From Azolla caroliniana (taxonomy: Eukaryota; Plantae; Polypodiophyta): 64,000 nt of DNA. A program made the position numbers and the translations under genes. The stretch spans positions 7,068,001-7,132,000 of the forward strand of contig JBHGNT010000009.1 in the NCBI GenBank assembly GCA_043228905.1. The letters run 5' to 3'. Within the stretch, counting starts at the first letter, position 1; every line of letters begins with the position of its first letter. Under the pieces are notes generated by a model. The model was not told where the DNA came from. It did not search any database and saw only the letters and a program-made list of their open reading frames with translations. Of the stretch, positions 36,901 to 47,882 are shown in pieces.

Positions 36901-39495
36901 AGCAACCAAGGAGACGGTTCACGCGCAAGGAAAAGGGGAAGAGGAAGATGTCGGAGCACGAGACCGTCAATGGGAACCGACCAACAAGGGCCTCAAACCG
37001 GGTAACGATAAGTTACGCCGGTCTTCTCGCCAGAAGAACCCCTTGAAGCGGTACGGGTACAATGAGTACATGGCACATCACTATGCGTACATGACCAAGG
37101 TGGTGGAAGTGCGTGAACCGGAGAGCTACGCAAAACTGGCAAAGGACGCAAATTGGTGTGCCGCTATGGAGGAAGAAATGCGGGCACTAGATGCCAACGA
37201 CACATGGCACCTCGTTGACCCTCCCTGACACTGTAAACCAATCGGACGTAAGTGGGTGTACAAGGTAAAGTACAATGTCGACGGTTCGGTTAACCGGTAC
37301 AAGGCCCGATTAGTGGCAAAAGGATATGTGCAGACCCACAAAATCGACTACGACGAGACCTTCACTCTGGTAGTGAAGATGACGACGGTTCATGTGGTGT
37401 TGGCGGTTGCTGTGGCAAGGGGGTGGCATCTTCACCAGATGGACGTGAAGAATGCATTTCTTCAAGGCGATCTTGAAGAAGAGGTCTTTATGACCCAACC
37501 CCCCAGTTTCCAGTCGGAGATGAACAAGTCAGCGTTATGCCGGTTGAAGAAGTCACTTTATGGCTTCAAGCAAGCCCCCCGAGCTTGGAATGCGAAGATC
37601 ATGCACTGGTTGCGTAAGATGGGGTTTGTAGCCTCCAAGTCCGACTCTTCGTTGTTCATCCGGCAAGGTCCGCATGGTCTAGTTTGCATCTTGCTGTATG
37701 TTGATGATCTAGTCATCACCGAACCCGGACTCGATGAAATCAGCCGAGTCAAGTCCCAACTGTCGGACGCATTTGAGATGAAGGACTTGGGGGACCTTTA
37801 CTATTTCCTTGGGATCGAAGTGATCCAAACCCCTGACGACATATTCCTCTCACAAAGACACTATGTGTTGAATATGATGTACAAGTTCAGCATGACGGAA
37901 TGCCTACCGATCTCCACACCCCTGGACCGGAACCAGAAGCTCCATCCCGACTCCGGACCGGCCTGCAATGAGAAGCGGTTCTGACAAATCGTCAGAAGCC
38001 TTATATATTTGACAATCACCCAACCTGACATCAGTTATCCGGTCGGCGTGATCAACCAGTATATGGAGAAGCCGACCGTGGAGCACCTTCTGTGCGCGCC
38101 TCGAATTTTGTGATATGTGAGCGACACGAAGGACCGGGGACTATTACACTGGCATGGTATAACCGAAGAGCTAGTCGGCTACACTGATGCCAACTAGGCT
38201 GGCGATGCATCGGATCACCGATCCACCTCTGGCTATATGTTTTCCCTTGGTAGCGTGGTTGTTGCGTGGAGCAGCAAAAAGCAGCCAACAATGGCCCTTT
38301 CGAGCACTGAGGCTGGATACCGGGGCGCTACCGTTGCCACCTATGAAGCCATTTGGCTTCGGCGACTGCTGCAAGACCTGCGGATCAAGGTACCGACCCC
38401 GATCCTTATATACTGCAACAACATAAGCAGCATGCAGCTTGGCAAGAACCCCGTATTCCATACTCGCACAAAGCACATAGAAGTGCACTACCACTTCGTG
38501 CGTGAGGGTGTCCTAAGCAGTGAAGTTGAACTTCGGTATGTTCCTACGAATCGGCAAGTTGCCGACGTCTTCACCAAACCGCTCAGGTCGGACAAGTTGC
38601 AGCACTTCACCGAAATGCTTGGTGTTCAACATCTCGATGTGCCACACTTGAGGGGGAGAACGGGCAAAGATATGGGAACAGGCAAAGGCAAAGAAATTGC
38701 TGATAGTGCTAGTCAGGGAAGAACCGACAGAGGGGGAGACAAGAAGAAGAAAGGAGCCGAGTCAACAAAGGAAGTTGACACATCCGAACAAGTCAAAACA
38801 AGCGGCAACGGTGACAGAGTCAAGAAGGATAGAGCCGACCGAAAGAAGAATGCCAAGACCCGGACATGGTCTGATGTGGTGAAGGGCTTGGAACCGGAAC
38901 ACGAATCTGGAGCGACCGATTCGGACAAGAGCTAGAACGAATCGAAGACAGCAGATTCGGTTCAACAGACGGATTCGGAAAAACCGGATCAATTCAAGGA
39001 CAAGAGGACGAGAAGGCAACGAAAGTCAAAGCCAACACGAAGGAATCGGTGAATCGGCAAGCGCCGAAGTCATAGCAGCGAGGGAGCTGAATTAGGCCTG
39101 TTGAGCAGACAAGCCGACCGAGGAGGTCAAGGCGCACAGAGTCAGAAGGGTCGCGGCAAACGGGATCGGACCGGACGAGGAGCACGAGCAAGGCGGAGTG
39201 ACGCCAGAAGGAGCCGGGTGGAAGCACCGCCTACCATGGAGACTGACACTACGATCCAACCTCAAGTTGAGCTTGAGGGGGAGTGTTGAGCGGCAAGCTC
39301 AACCGGATCCAGATTGGCTGAATAAGCTTGAGCCGGATCGGTGAGCTAGTGTGCAAGCGAGCCGGTGAGCTAGGGAGCCAGTTAGCCGGATTAACCAGTA
39401 ATCGGAAGCCTAGTAGTAGCCTAGACTACTAGGTAGTTAATGTATCGTAGTTAGTGTCAGACGCTCGTGTGAGCATTGAAGTACATTGTACTTCT
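33947..39495 (+). mobile_element. copia-B nested element, degenerate, 3' LTR truncated by the Penelope-like element
   Basis: 5' LTR 33947-34365; PBS 34366 (TGGTATCAAAGC); gag-pol 34458-38935 with stops; PPT ~39275-39283; 3' LTR 39284-39495 matches the 5' LTR up to gtacattgtacttct. Confidence 0.9.
34458..38935 (+). pseudogene. copia gag-pol, disrupted, with a charged C-terminal extension after RNase H
   Basis: EKLDRSNYASW, WYVDSGASNH, LWHKRISH, RT 37256-37984 (LLYVDDL), RH 38237-38650, extension to 38935. Confidence 0.88.
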
Positions 39496-39540
39496 AAGAA
39501 GAGGGTGATTATAGGGGTGGGATATAAAAGGAATATAGTA

Positions 39541-41550
39541 TTAAGTGGGAGTATTTATGGATTTATATTTAGTTTTGACGAGAAGGGAATGAATGGACTT
39601 AGACTTAGTCCAATATATGAAGGGTTGTTGTAGTTCGGATAGTTGGGGATGTGTGGCTAAATCTGTGTGGAGGTTTTCTAGCATGTCGTGAATTCCTAAT
39701 CTAGGGGTATCTTTCGTATACCTAAGTTTGAAGATGAAAGGTATAATGGTACTTTTAGGTTTTCTACTGTATAATGGTACTTTTAGGTTTTCTACTAAAT
39801 ACTAGTGATTTCCTAGCACTAAATAGGACCTTTTTATAATTCTCTAATATAAAAGAAAGGCGATATCCTCTCTTAACTAATCTACTAAAAAATAGTTTTT
39901 TCATTCAAAGGAAACCTAAGGGGGTACTTTCTCTAATTAGGTATCGTTTTAGTTCATTAATAATAAAATGACGTTTTAAGTGAAGGGGGTTAACTGACGA
40001 GAATGAGAGATACTGGTAGGCATTTTGGGGCTTTTGGTAGCAATTAAAGGAGAAATGTGAATTCTTTAGGTTAATCCATAAATTTAAGAACGGTAATCTA
40101 GAGGGAGAAGTGGTGATGGTAATTTTGATGCAATTATTAGTGGAGGTGTTATAGAACTGGAGGTAATTTTCTAATTCAGGTTTAGTACCCGTCCATATCC
40201 CGAATGCATCATCTATATATCTAGTGAAATAGAAAAGATTAGGGTGTAATGGTTGGGAGTTCTCTAAGTGACCTAAGAATACGCATGCATAAACTACAGA
40301 AAAATTACTACCCATGGCTATACCCTTGACTTGTTCATAGATCATGTTATCAAAGGATAGAAAGTGATATTCTAATGTGAGTGCACTAAGTGTATAGATA
40401 AGGTTAGTTTTAGAAGATGAAAAATGTGGGGTAATCATTTTTCGTAAAGCTTGAAGTCCTAACCTAGGGGGTATGTTGGGATATAAAGATTCAACATCAA
40501 AGGTGAAGATAAAGCTATTAGGGGGAGGGTTGAGATGTTCTAAAGTCTGGACAAGGGAATGTGAGTCTTTCAAATATTGTTTCTGAAGGAGAAGGATAGG
40601 CATGAGTTGGTGGTGAAGCAATTTTGATGTTTGTTCAAAAAAGGAGTTATTGTATGAGCAAATAGGTCTAAAACCTATTGGGTTTTTATGGAGTTTTGGG
40701 AGGAAATAAATATTGCATACTTGGTACCCTTTTGAGGGTTTATGTAGTATGTAGTTGGCTTCTATGTTGGATAGGGTACCAAGATGGTTATTAACAATGC
40801 TTTTCAATCTATAGGATAACTCCTCAAGTGGATAGTGGGAGACTTTTTTATATGTATTAGTATCGGAAAGGTGTTCTATAGCTTTGTTATAGTATGTGTC
40901 CTTATCAAGAACACACACTCCAACATTCTTGTCAGCAGGTAGGATTATGATTTTGTTGTTTTTCTTAAGAGATTGTAAGGCTAGTGATAAGTGAGGTGCA
41001 ATCCTAGTGGGTTTTAATTTGAGTGTATGAAGTGTGTCCCAAAAGATAGTTTGGTGTTTAGATATAATGTTTTCTAGGGGAGTGCACTTAGTAGGAGGTT
41101 GCCAACTAGGGTTAGGTAGCTTAAAGGGATTTTGGGGCGAATTATCCACATCTTTGAAAAAATGTTTAAGTTGAAGGGTCCTACTTAGGCTATCAAATTC
41201 TTTAAGTAGGGTAGGGGATGGTGGTGGAGAAGATGGGCGGATGTGTTTCAAACCTAGGCTAAGGAGTTGTGTCTCATGTTTAGAGAGGGAATAATTAGAG
41301 TGGTTGTGGATCCTACTAATTCTAGGTTTATTAAGGAGAGGCGTCCAAAATTTATTATAGGGTTTCCTACTATGGGTCTTTTTCACATATGGGGAGAAGG
41401 GAAAATTAGATGTATGACGTCCTAACCACATGAAAGTATCTAAAGTAGAAGTAGGTCTATCGAGAAGGTAAAAGAGACGTTTCGCGGGATGTATGACATG
41501 CCGAAACTGTTTACTATCCCATTTGGCACGCCTAGCTACACGTTTTTTTT
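39541..41550 (-). pseudogene. Penelope-type reverse transcriptase (508-aa ORF 39905-41431, extendable at both ends)
   Basis: LLSLGLK, ILPADKN, YFLPKLHK..FRPICS, FTFDVESLYPNIP, QVKGIAMGS, RYIDD, LPFL, YQKP. Past the TGA at 39905 it continues LVKRGY; after removing a 28-bp duplication it ends QPFIYWTKSKSIHSLLVKTKYKSINTPT* at 39541. Confidence 0.88.
39741..39796. repeat. 28-bp perfect tandem duplication that frameshifts the PLE C-terminus
   Basis: gtataatggtacttttaggttttctact x2. Confidence 0.9.
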
Positions 41551-41904
41551 CCTAACATTATTACATGGGAAAGTTTGTAGTTTCGTGGGAAGGGGGCGAT
41601 TATTGTGAGTACGGATAGGTTGTTTTCTATGAGGGATTTCATATACGTGTGGGGGAAATTTAGAGGGTGTGGTAGAATATTGAAATCTACTAGAAGTAGA
41701 AGGGGAGTTATGTGTAAAGAAGGGGGGGGTATGTGTAGGAAATGCATGAAAAGGGGGAGGGGTATAGTTTGGAATAGGGAAACGTTGTGGGGGTTATTAG
41801 GGGGGGAAGGCATAGGGGTATGGTTAAAAAATGGGGGAGGGGTATGAGGGAGGTTTATAGAAAATAAAGGGGGGGCATGCGTCAAATTTGTAAGAAGTAA
41901 GGAG

Positions 41905-41931
41905 GGGGGGGGGGGGGGGGGGGGGGAGGGG
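41905..41931 (+). repeat. poly-G tract (poly-C on the PLE sense strand) within a G-run-rich region 41700-41945
   Basis: More than 20 consecutive G. Confidence 0.85.
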
Positions 41932-42707
41932 CGTGATTAGGGTTAAACACATATGTGAAGTGAGAGGGTATGTTTGAAATTGTCTGCAGGGGTAGGGTGG
42001 CGAGGAGAGGAGGAGGAGGGCCGAGAGGGAAAGACGGAAGGTCGTTCGTGCCATGGCTTGCATGATCTCCTGCACAACTGCCATGGGGATGCACTTCTTG
42101 TCTTATGTTGGCACGTGTGCCGCTTCCATAAGATGTACGACCTTCGCATTGGATGGACCTCCTGTATTGGCCCGTAGGATAATTATCGCCGCGGCTCATG
42201 TAGCCGCCGTTATGGTGTGACAATTGTTCACCATCGCCGCACGTGTAGCTGCTATCGAAGTAAGATCTTCGCTCGATTTCGATTTCGGGTCGGCTGAAGA
42301 AGCCCAGAGCGGATCCGCGAAAGAGTCCGAAAGCGGACGTGAGGGAAGCAACCAAAAGAAAGAGCCAAAGCCGGCCAAGCATGGGGGAGATGAAGCCAAC
42401 TTGGATGAGAGCGAAACCGATCGGAGGAATCTGATTCGGTTCAGATGTTTAATTCGGAGATGCTGAAGAAAGGGTAGTTGAAGAGGCGCCAACTTTGTGA
42501 CAACAAGGGATCTGAGAAGGGTCGCACGAGCACACACGCCGATCAGAACGGTCAAGGCGCACGGAATCGAACAGGACGGGGAGCGTGAGCGAGGCGTGAA
42601 GGCACAAGAAACCGGAGTGGTGATCCGGAAGAACTAGAAGAGCCTCAACTTGAGCTTGAGGGGGAGTGTTGAGATACAAGCTCAACATTGGCTGGATCGG
42701 CTGTGCA

Positions 42708-43001
42708 AGCCGAGAATCGGATCGGCTGGGACCGATCGGTTAGGCTGGATCGGTGCGTAAACCGGGTGCGCAAACCGGTGTCGTGAAGATTCGCACATGT
42801 GTTTGCTACTCGAGCGACCATTGGGGCTTGGACTGAGGAGGACGTTCGCGGAATAGCCGAGAATCGGATCGGCTGGGACCGATCGGTTAGGCTGGATCGG
42901 TGCGTAAACCGGGTGCGCAAACCGGTGTCGTGAAGATTCGCACATGTGTTTGCTACTCGAGCGACCATTGGGGCTTGGACTGAGGAGGACGTTCGCGGAA
43001 T
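42708..43001. repeat. 147-bp tandem duplication spanning an LTR-in-LTR junction
   Basis: 42708-42854 matches 42855-43001. Confidence 0.93.
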
Positions 43002-43553
43002 TATCGAAGAGATGATGATCAATGTAAGATTGGATGAAATTTGTTCACTTGAGAAGAAGAAAGATTGTACACTTGAGAAGTAGAAAAATATAATTATATT
43101 GATGATAGTGGTGTTGGTGATATCACATATTGAGCCCCCCCTACACAACCCCCACTATAGGCTTTTATAGGTCTCTCCATGAAAAAACCATGGGCTAAAC
43201 CTATGGCTAAAACCACAGGCTGAAACCATGGGTTGGAACCATGGGCTAAAACGACGGGCTAAAACCATGGTTTTGTGCCCACGGTTTTTGTATGTTTGCT
43301 TCCCACGAAATATTGAATATGAAAAGAAAATAGACAAAATCTAAAGCACTTAGTAGTGGCTTTAGTGGTAAGTGAATTCGTCTCTTATCATGGAGGTGCA
43401 AGGTTCAACCCTTGCTTGCACCCCTTTGTATGGACTCAAAGGTTACTAGGCTTCAATCTTATTTTATTTACAGATGTTTGAGTGCTCATTACACTTTCTC
43501 GATTTTGTTTGTTCCACACGATTTTCACACCGTTGCCAAAAATCTTCACGACA
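42926..43553 (-). mobile_element. gypsy solo LTR inserted into the copia-B 3' LTR
   Basis: 13-bp terminal inverted repeat TGTCGTGAAGATT; 4-bp TSD CCGG; TATAAAA on the minus strand at ~43165; its start matches the LTR at 62592; internal ~12-bp aaaccatgggct repeats at 43185-43272. Confidence 0.8.
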
Positions 43554-43907
43554 CCGGTGCGCAACGAGAAGCCGTAGCGGTGCATAAACTGCGAGGCCGT
43601 TGGAAAGATATTCCGCGTAGGAATATATTTTGGGAGTTAGTGTAGAGCTCATTTATGAGCATTGAAGTACGTGTCTGTACTTCTGTCAATCCGTATGGAC
43701 TTGTATAAAAGTACTCATTGAGCACATCCTATGTACAGACTGAGTATTATTATTTTGAAGAGAGTTGTGTGCATGGTCTCTCTCTCTCTCTCTCTCTCTC
43801 TCAGCTCTCTCTCTCCCGCGTACTCTATGTGTCCAACCTTTCCATTAAACCTGTGTTTTTTTCTTACGTTCGGTTTCTTGTTGCTTCCGCACTTTGTTAT
43901 TTTTACA

Positions 43908-46900
43908 ACTCAAAGCCTCGGAGGCAACGACCTCGAGCTCTGTATCTACGCCAACCGGTGGTTACAACAGAGTATTTCTTTGTATCTTACACTCTCTCTC
44001 TGTTGCTCTCTATACAACGATTACAACAATAGAACAACAACCTTATGCCCTAACTATACTAAGTGATTGGCCTAAGTCATATTTATACCTATATGAACTT
44101 AGGGCTATTTACAAATATGTCCACTCTTACGGTTCTCACCGTGTCCTCTTCATTCATCACTGAATCCCATCCGGAGAGACCGATTTCCTAACAATCTCCC
44201 CCTTCACTCCGGCATGGTATGTCTCGTCAGCCCGATTCGCTTTTGGCACGCGTCCATCTTGTTGGTTGTCAACACTTTGGTCAGCATATCTAACCCGTTC
44301 TCCTCCGTGTGGATCTTCGTCAACACGAACTCGTGATCTTCTACTCTCTCCCCGATCGACTGGTACCTCCGCTGGATATGTTTCGTCTGGAAATGGTAGG
44401 CCACGTTCTTTTCAAGGTGGATGGCACTTTGACTATCGAAGTAGAGCTGGTATTCCTCTTGTTGGATCCCTAGCTCTCCGAATAAGTCCTTCATCCAGAG
44501 TATCTCATTGCCGACTTCTACAACTGCCATGTACTCCGCCTCCGTGGTTGACAACACAACCGTCTTCTGCAACCTCGACTACCACGAAACAGCTCCCCCT
44601 GCATAAGTCATGACATATCCAGATGTAGACCGACTGGTATCCGCATCAGCCGACATATCCGAATACGTGAATCTGTCAAGTTCGGGTTTACCGGAGCCGA
44701 ACCGGAGGCACATACTCGAGGTGCCTTTCAAATACCAGAGTATCTACTTGACCACGTTCAAGTGCTCTCTTCTGGGATTGCTCATGAACCAACTCACCAC
44801 TTCAACTGCATATCCGATATCCGACCGGTTACATACCATCGCATACATCAAGCTTCCGACGGCATAGGCATATATTATGGTATCTTCATCATATCCGTCT
44901 TCTCCAACTTCGTACTCGGGCTCTGCTTTCCGGATAGCTTGCCGTTTGCCGGAAGTGTCGATCTGACCTATTTCGCATCCGACGACTTCGTCACGTACTT
45001 TTCCTGTGACAGCCACAATAGCTTCTTCGACCAGTCCCAGATGATGTACATCCCCAATATCTATCTTGCCGGACCCAAGTCTTTCATTGAGATGGTCTGG
45101 TTCAGGGCCTTCTTCAGCATCCATATCTTGACTTGGTCTCATCCAACTATCAGCATATCATCCACGTATAGGAGTAATATCAGGGAATCTCCTTCATCAA
45201 ATTTCTTCACAAACACGCAGTGATCGGCCTGCGTCTTGTGGTACCCTTGGTCGGTCATGGAGTCAAACTTCCGGTACCATTGTCGGGGAGCTTGCTTCAA
45301 TCCGTATAAGCTCCTCTTCAGCCAGCACAACAGGTGCTCTTTCCCTTTTTTCTCAAATCCTTCCAGTTGATGCATGTAAATCTCTTCTTCGAGGTCACCA
45401 TGGAGGAATGTCTTCTTCACGTCCAGTTGCTCTACCTCGAGGTCCATGCTTGCCGCTATGCCCAAAACCGTCTGGATGCATGTCATCTTTACTACAAGGG
45501 CAAAGATCTCATCGAAGTCCACTCCATTCTTCTGTCAGAAGCCCTTCACCATGATTCGGGCCTTATACATTGGTGGATTTCCGGCATCTCCCAGTTTCAG
45601 CTTGTACACCCACTTGTTCCGGAGTGCTCTCTTCCCTTTCGGCAACTCCGTCAGTTCATATGTGTGGTTTTCATGCAGGGAATCCATCTTGTCCTGCATG
45701 GCCCTCAACCACTTGCGACTGTGGGTGTCTCTCTTTGCTTCTTCGAAGCTTTCTGGCTCCCCCTCTTTGGTTAGCAACACATGCTCTACATCCGGATATC
45801 TCCCGGGGGCTCTTCTCTCTCAGAAAGGATATCTCCACACCTGAAAACCTTCAGATGCCGGTAAGATACATCTTTACCGGTCCACACTTTCTGAGGTGAG
45901 TCTCCTTCCAAGGGTGTTGAGGTTGATGTATTTATCACATATGTCGTCATCGTCAGCGCGTCAGCCCAAAACGTCTTGGGTAACTTTGCAGGCGCTAGCA
46001 TGCTCCGCACTCTCTCCATTATGGTCCGGTTCATCCTTTCAGCCAGCCCGTTTAGTTCCGGCGTCTTCGGCACAATAAACTCGAGCCGGATTCCCTTCGA
46101 CCAACAATAATCCTCGAACTGCCCCTGGTATTCTCCTCCATTATCTGCTCGAACCGCCTTCAACTTCCAGCCGGTTTCTCTTTCCACTCTCGCGTGGAGC
46201 TCCTTCAAGACGGATAACACTGATCCTTCGTCTTCAACGGTGAAACCCACAACTTCCAGTTATGGTCGTCTATGAATGTGAAGAAGTACTGCGATCCGGC
46301 ATGTGACTTCGTGTCCACTTGACATGCATCAGTATGTACCAGCTCCAATGGTGTATTCCTACTCATCGGTGGTCTTGACCGGAAGGAGGTTCGGTTTTGC
46401 TTGCCGGCCAAGCAATCGGTGTACTTCTCAAGTTGCACGTCCTTCACCGGAATGAATTTGTCTTCGGCAAGCCTCTTCATCCCCTTGTCACTCATATGAC
46501 ACAGTCTTTTGTGCCACAACTCACCGGTAGTGTCGGATGCTACGTTCACTTCTTCCCGGCATATCCAAGCATTCATCAAGTATAGTATGTTGACCTTCCG
46601 GGCTCGAGCCACTATTAGGCTGCCTTTGCAGAACTTCATGGCTCCATTCCGGATGCTACCCGGGTAGCCTTCATCATCTAGCCGACTGGCTGATATCAGG
46701 TTCAGTCGAACCTCCGGAACGTGTCAGACATCCTTCAGCAGCAACTTGCATCCGGTTGATGTCGTCAACAACACATCTCCTATGCCGAAAATTTGGCATG
46801 TACCTTCATTCCCCATCCGGACACAACCATGATCACCGGTTGTGTAGGATGAGAAGCATCTCCGATCCGGTGTCAGGTGGAACGACGCTCCGAAATCAAC

Positions 46901-47020
46901 AACCCACATTGTCTCGTCGCGGAGAAGGTTTAACTCATTCTCTTTGGTAATGAGCATCAGTTCTTCTTCACTTGTCACGATCGCCGACGTTCCCTTCCGA
47001 TCCGGTCCTCTCCAATCTAA
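43908..47020 (-). mobile_element. Tork-like copia fragment (PR-INT-RT-RH with deletions, partial 3' LTR 43908-44193)
   Basis: ORFs 46724-46978, 46205-46639, 45786-46250, 45535-45780, 45139-45522, 44204-44572; PPT next to 44193. Confidence 0.87.
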
Positions 47021-47084
47021 ACCATTTTAGTCTGAACACTTCTTGCCGGAATATGCCTCGATGGCCTTGTACCACGGTTCGGCG

Positions 47085-47882
47085 CGATGAGGACCGTTGT
47101 ACTAGCACGGGAGAATTTGCCATCTTTCTTCAATCTTCAATGCATGTTGTTGGTTGAAGAAAACCATGTTCGAACGAGGAGCAACGCCTCAAAAGGTTAC
47201 ATGTTCTACACACATTTTAATAGAGGAAGAGGACATGGCCGAGCAAGAGGCCGATTCGGCCAAGGACAAGGCATACGAGGTCCGACTTATGAGAAAAACT
47301 CCTAATTTTGGCAACAAGATGGAAGCCATCGACGAACCTTCGGAAGAAGGGGGAGCTTCCATTCCGGTCCAAACTGACAAACCTCGATCAAATACGGATA
47401 TTGCAGCAAAACGGCCACCACAACGAAGAGTGTCGAAAGAAGAAGTGTAAGTCGGATTCCACAAGCCAAAAACTCACCAATTATGCCACCAACTCCGACT
47501 ATGACGATCATGGCGAATGTTCATGATGAGACATAGAGCAAATTCTATGTTGGCTTCTACTTCGAATAGTGTCTCTAGTTTAGAAGACGTATGGTTCGTC
47601 GACTCCGGTGCCTCGAACCATTTGATTTCTCATCAAGAATGGTTCCGAGAAATTCGAGAGCCGGATAGACCCAGCTGTGTCGAAGCCGGAGACGACACTA
47701 CTCATCCGATTCGGCACATCGGCAACTTCATCGAGAAAGAGAGATGACTCATTGCTCGTGGACAAAGAGAGATCGTCGAATGTTCATTCTCGACTCGCAC
47801 GACATGAAATCGGTCATGTTTGCAAAAGGCACTGAAGCCGACATTGACATAGAGTGTTGGCACGAGCAGATTGGCCACATCA
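47085..47882 (+). pseudogene. copia-B gag end/protease fragment
   Basis: ENLPSFFNLQCMLLVEENH and WFVDSGASNH; homologous to 7105-8025. Confidence 0.8.

Larger units (their letters stand above)
39496..42270 (-). mobile_element. Penelope-like retroelement, apparently endonuclease-less
   Basis: PLE-type RT; abrupt switch to a G/T-rich plus strand at 39496; right boundary approximate (+/-60 bp); no TSD seen. Confidence 0.8.
30365..43907 (+). mobile_element. copia-B outer element (5'-truncated): coding 30365-33946, probable 3' tail ~42270-42666 and 3' LTR 42667-43907
   Basis: gag/PR 30638-31513, INT 31354-32492, RT 32547-33870 (LLYVDDL), RH cut at 33946. The tail resembles 38920-39283 and ends in the same PPT. 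Assigning the tail to this copy is by parsimony. Confidence 0.75.

Noticed and set aside
39496-39800. Telomeric repeats at the PLE end
   Set aside because: Only isolated TTTTAGG/TTAGGG-like words occur, with no tandem array
41470-41600. Hammerhead ribozyme expected in PLEs
   Set aside because: CGAAAC-like half motifs exist, but I found no matching CUGANGA core; a covariance search is needed
41882-42382. 166-aa ORF with a signal-peptide-like N-terminus
   Set aside because: It starts in the antisense of the copia tail and ends in the poly-C tract, so it is a chimeric chance frame
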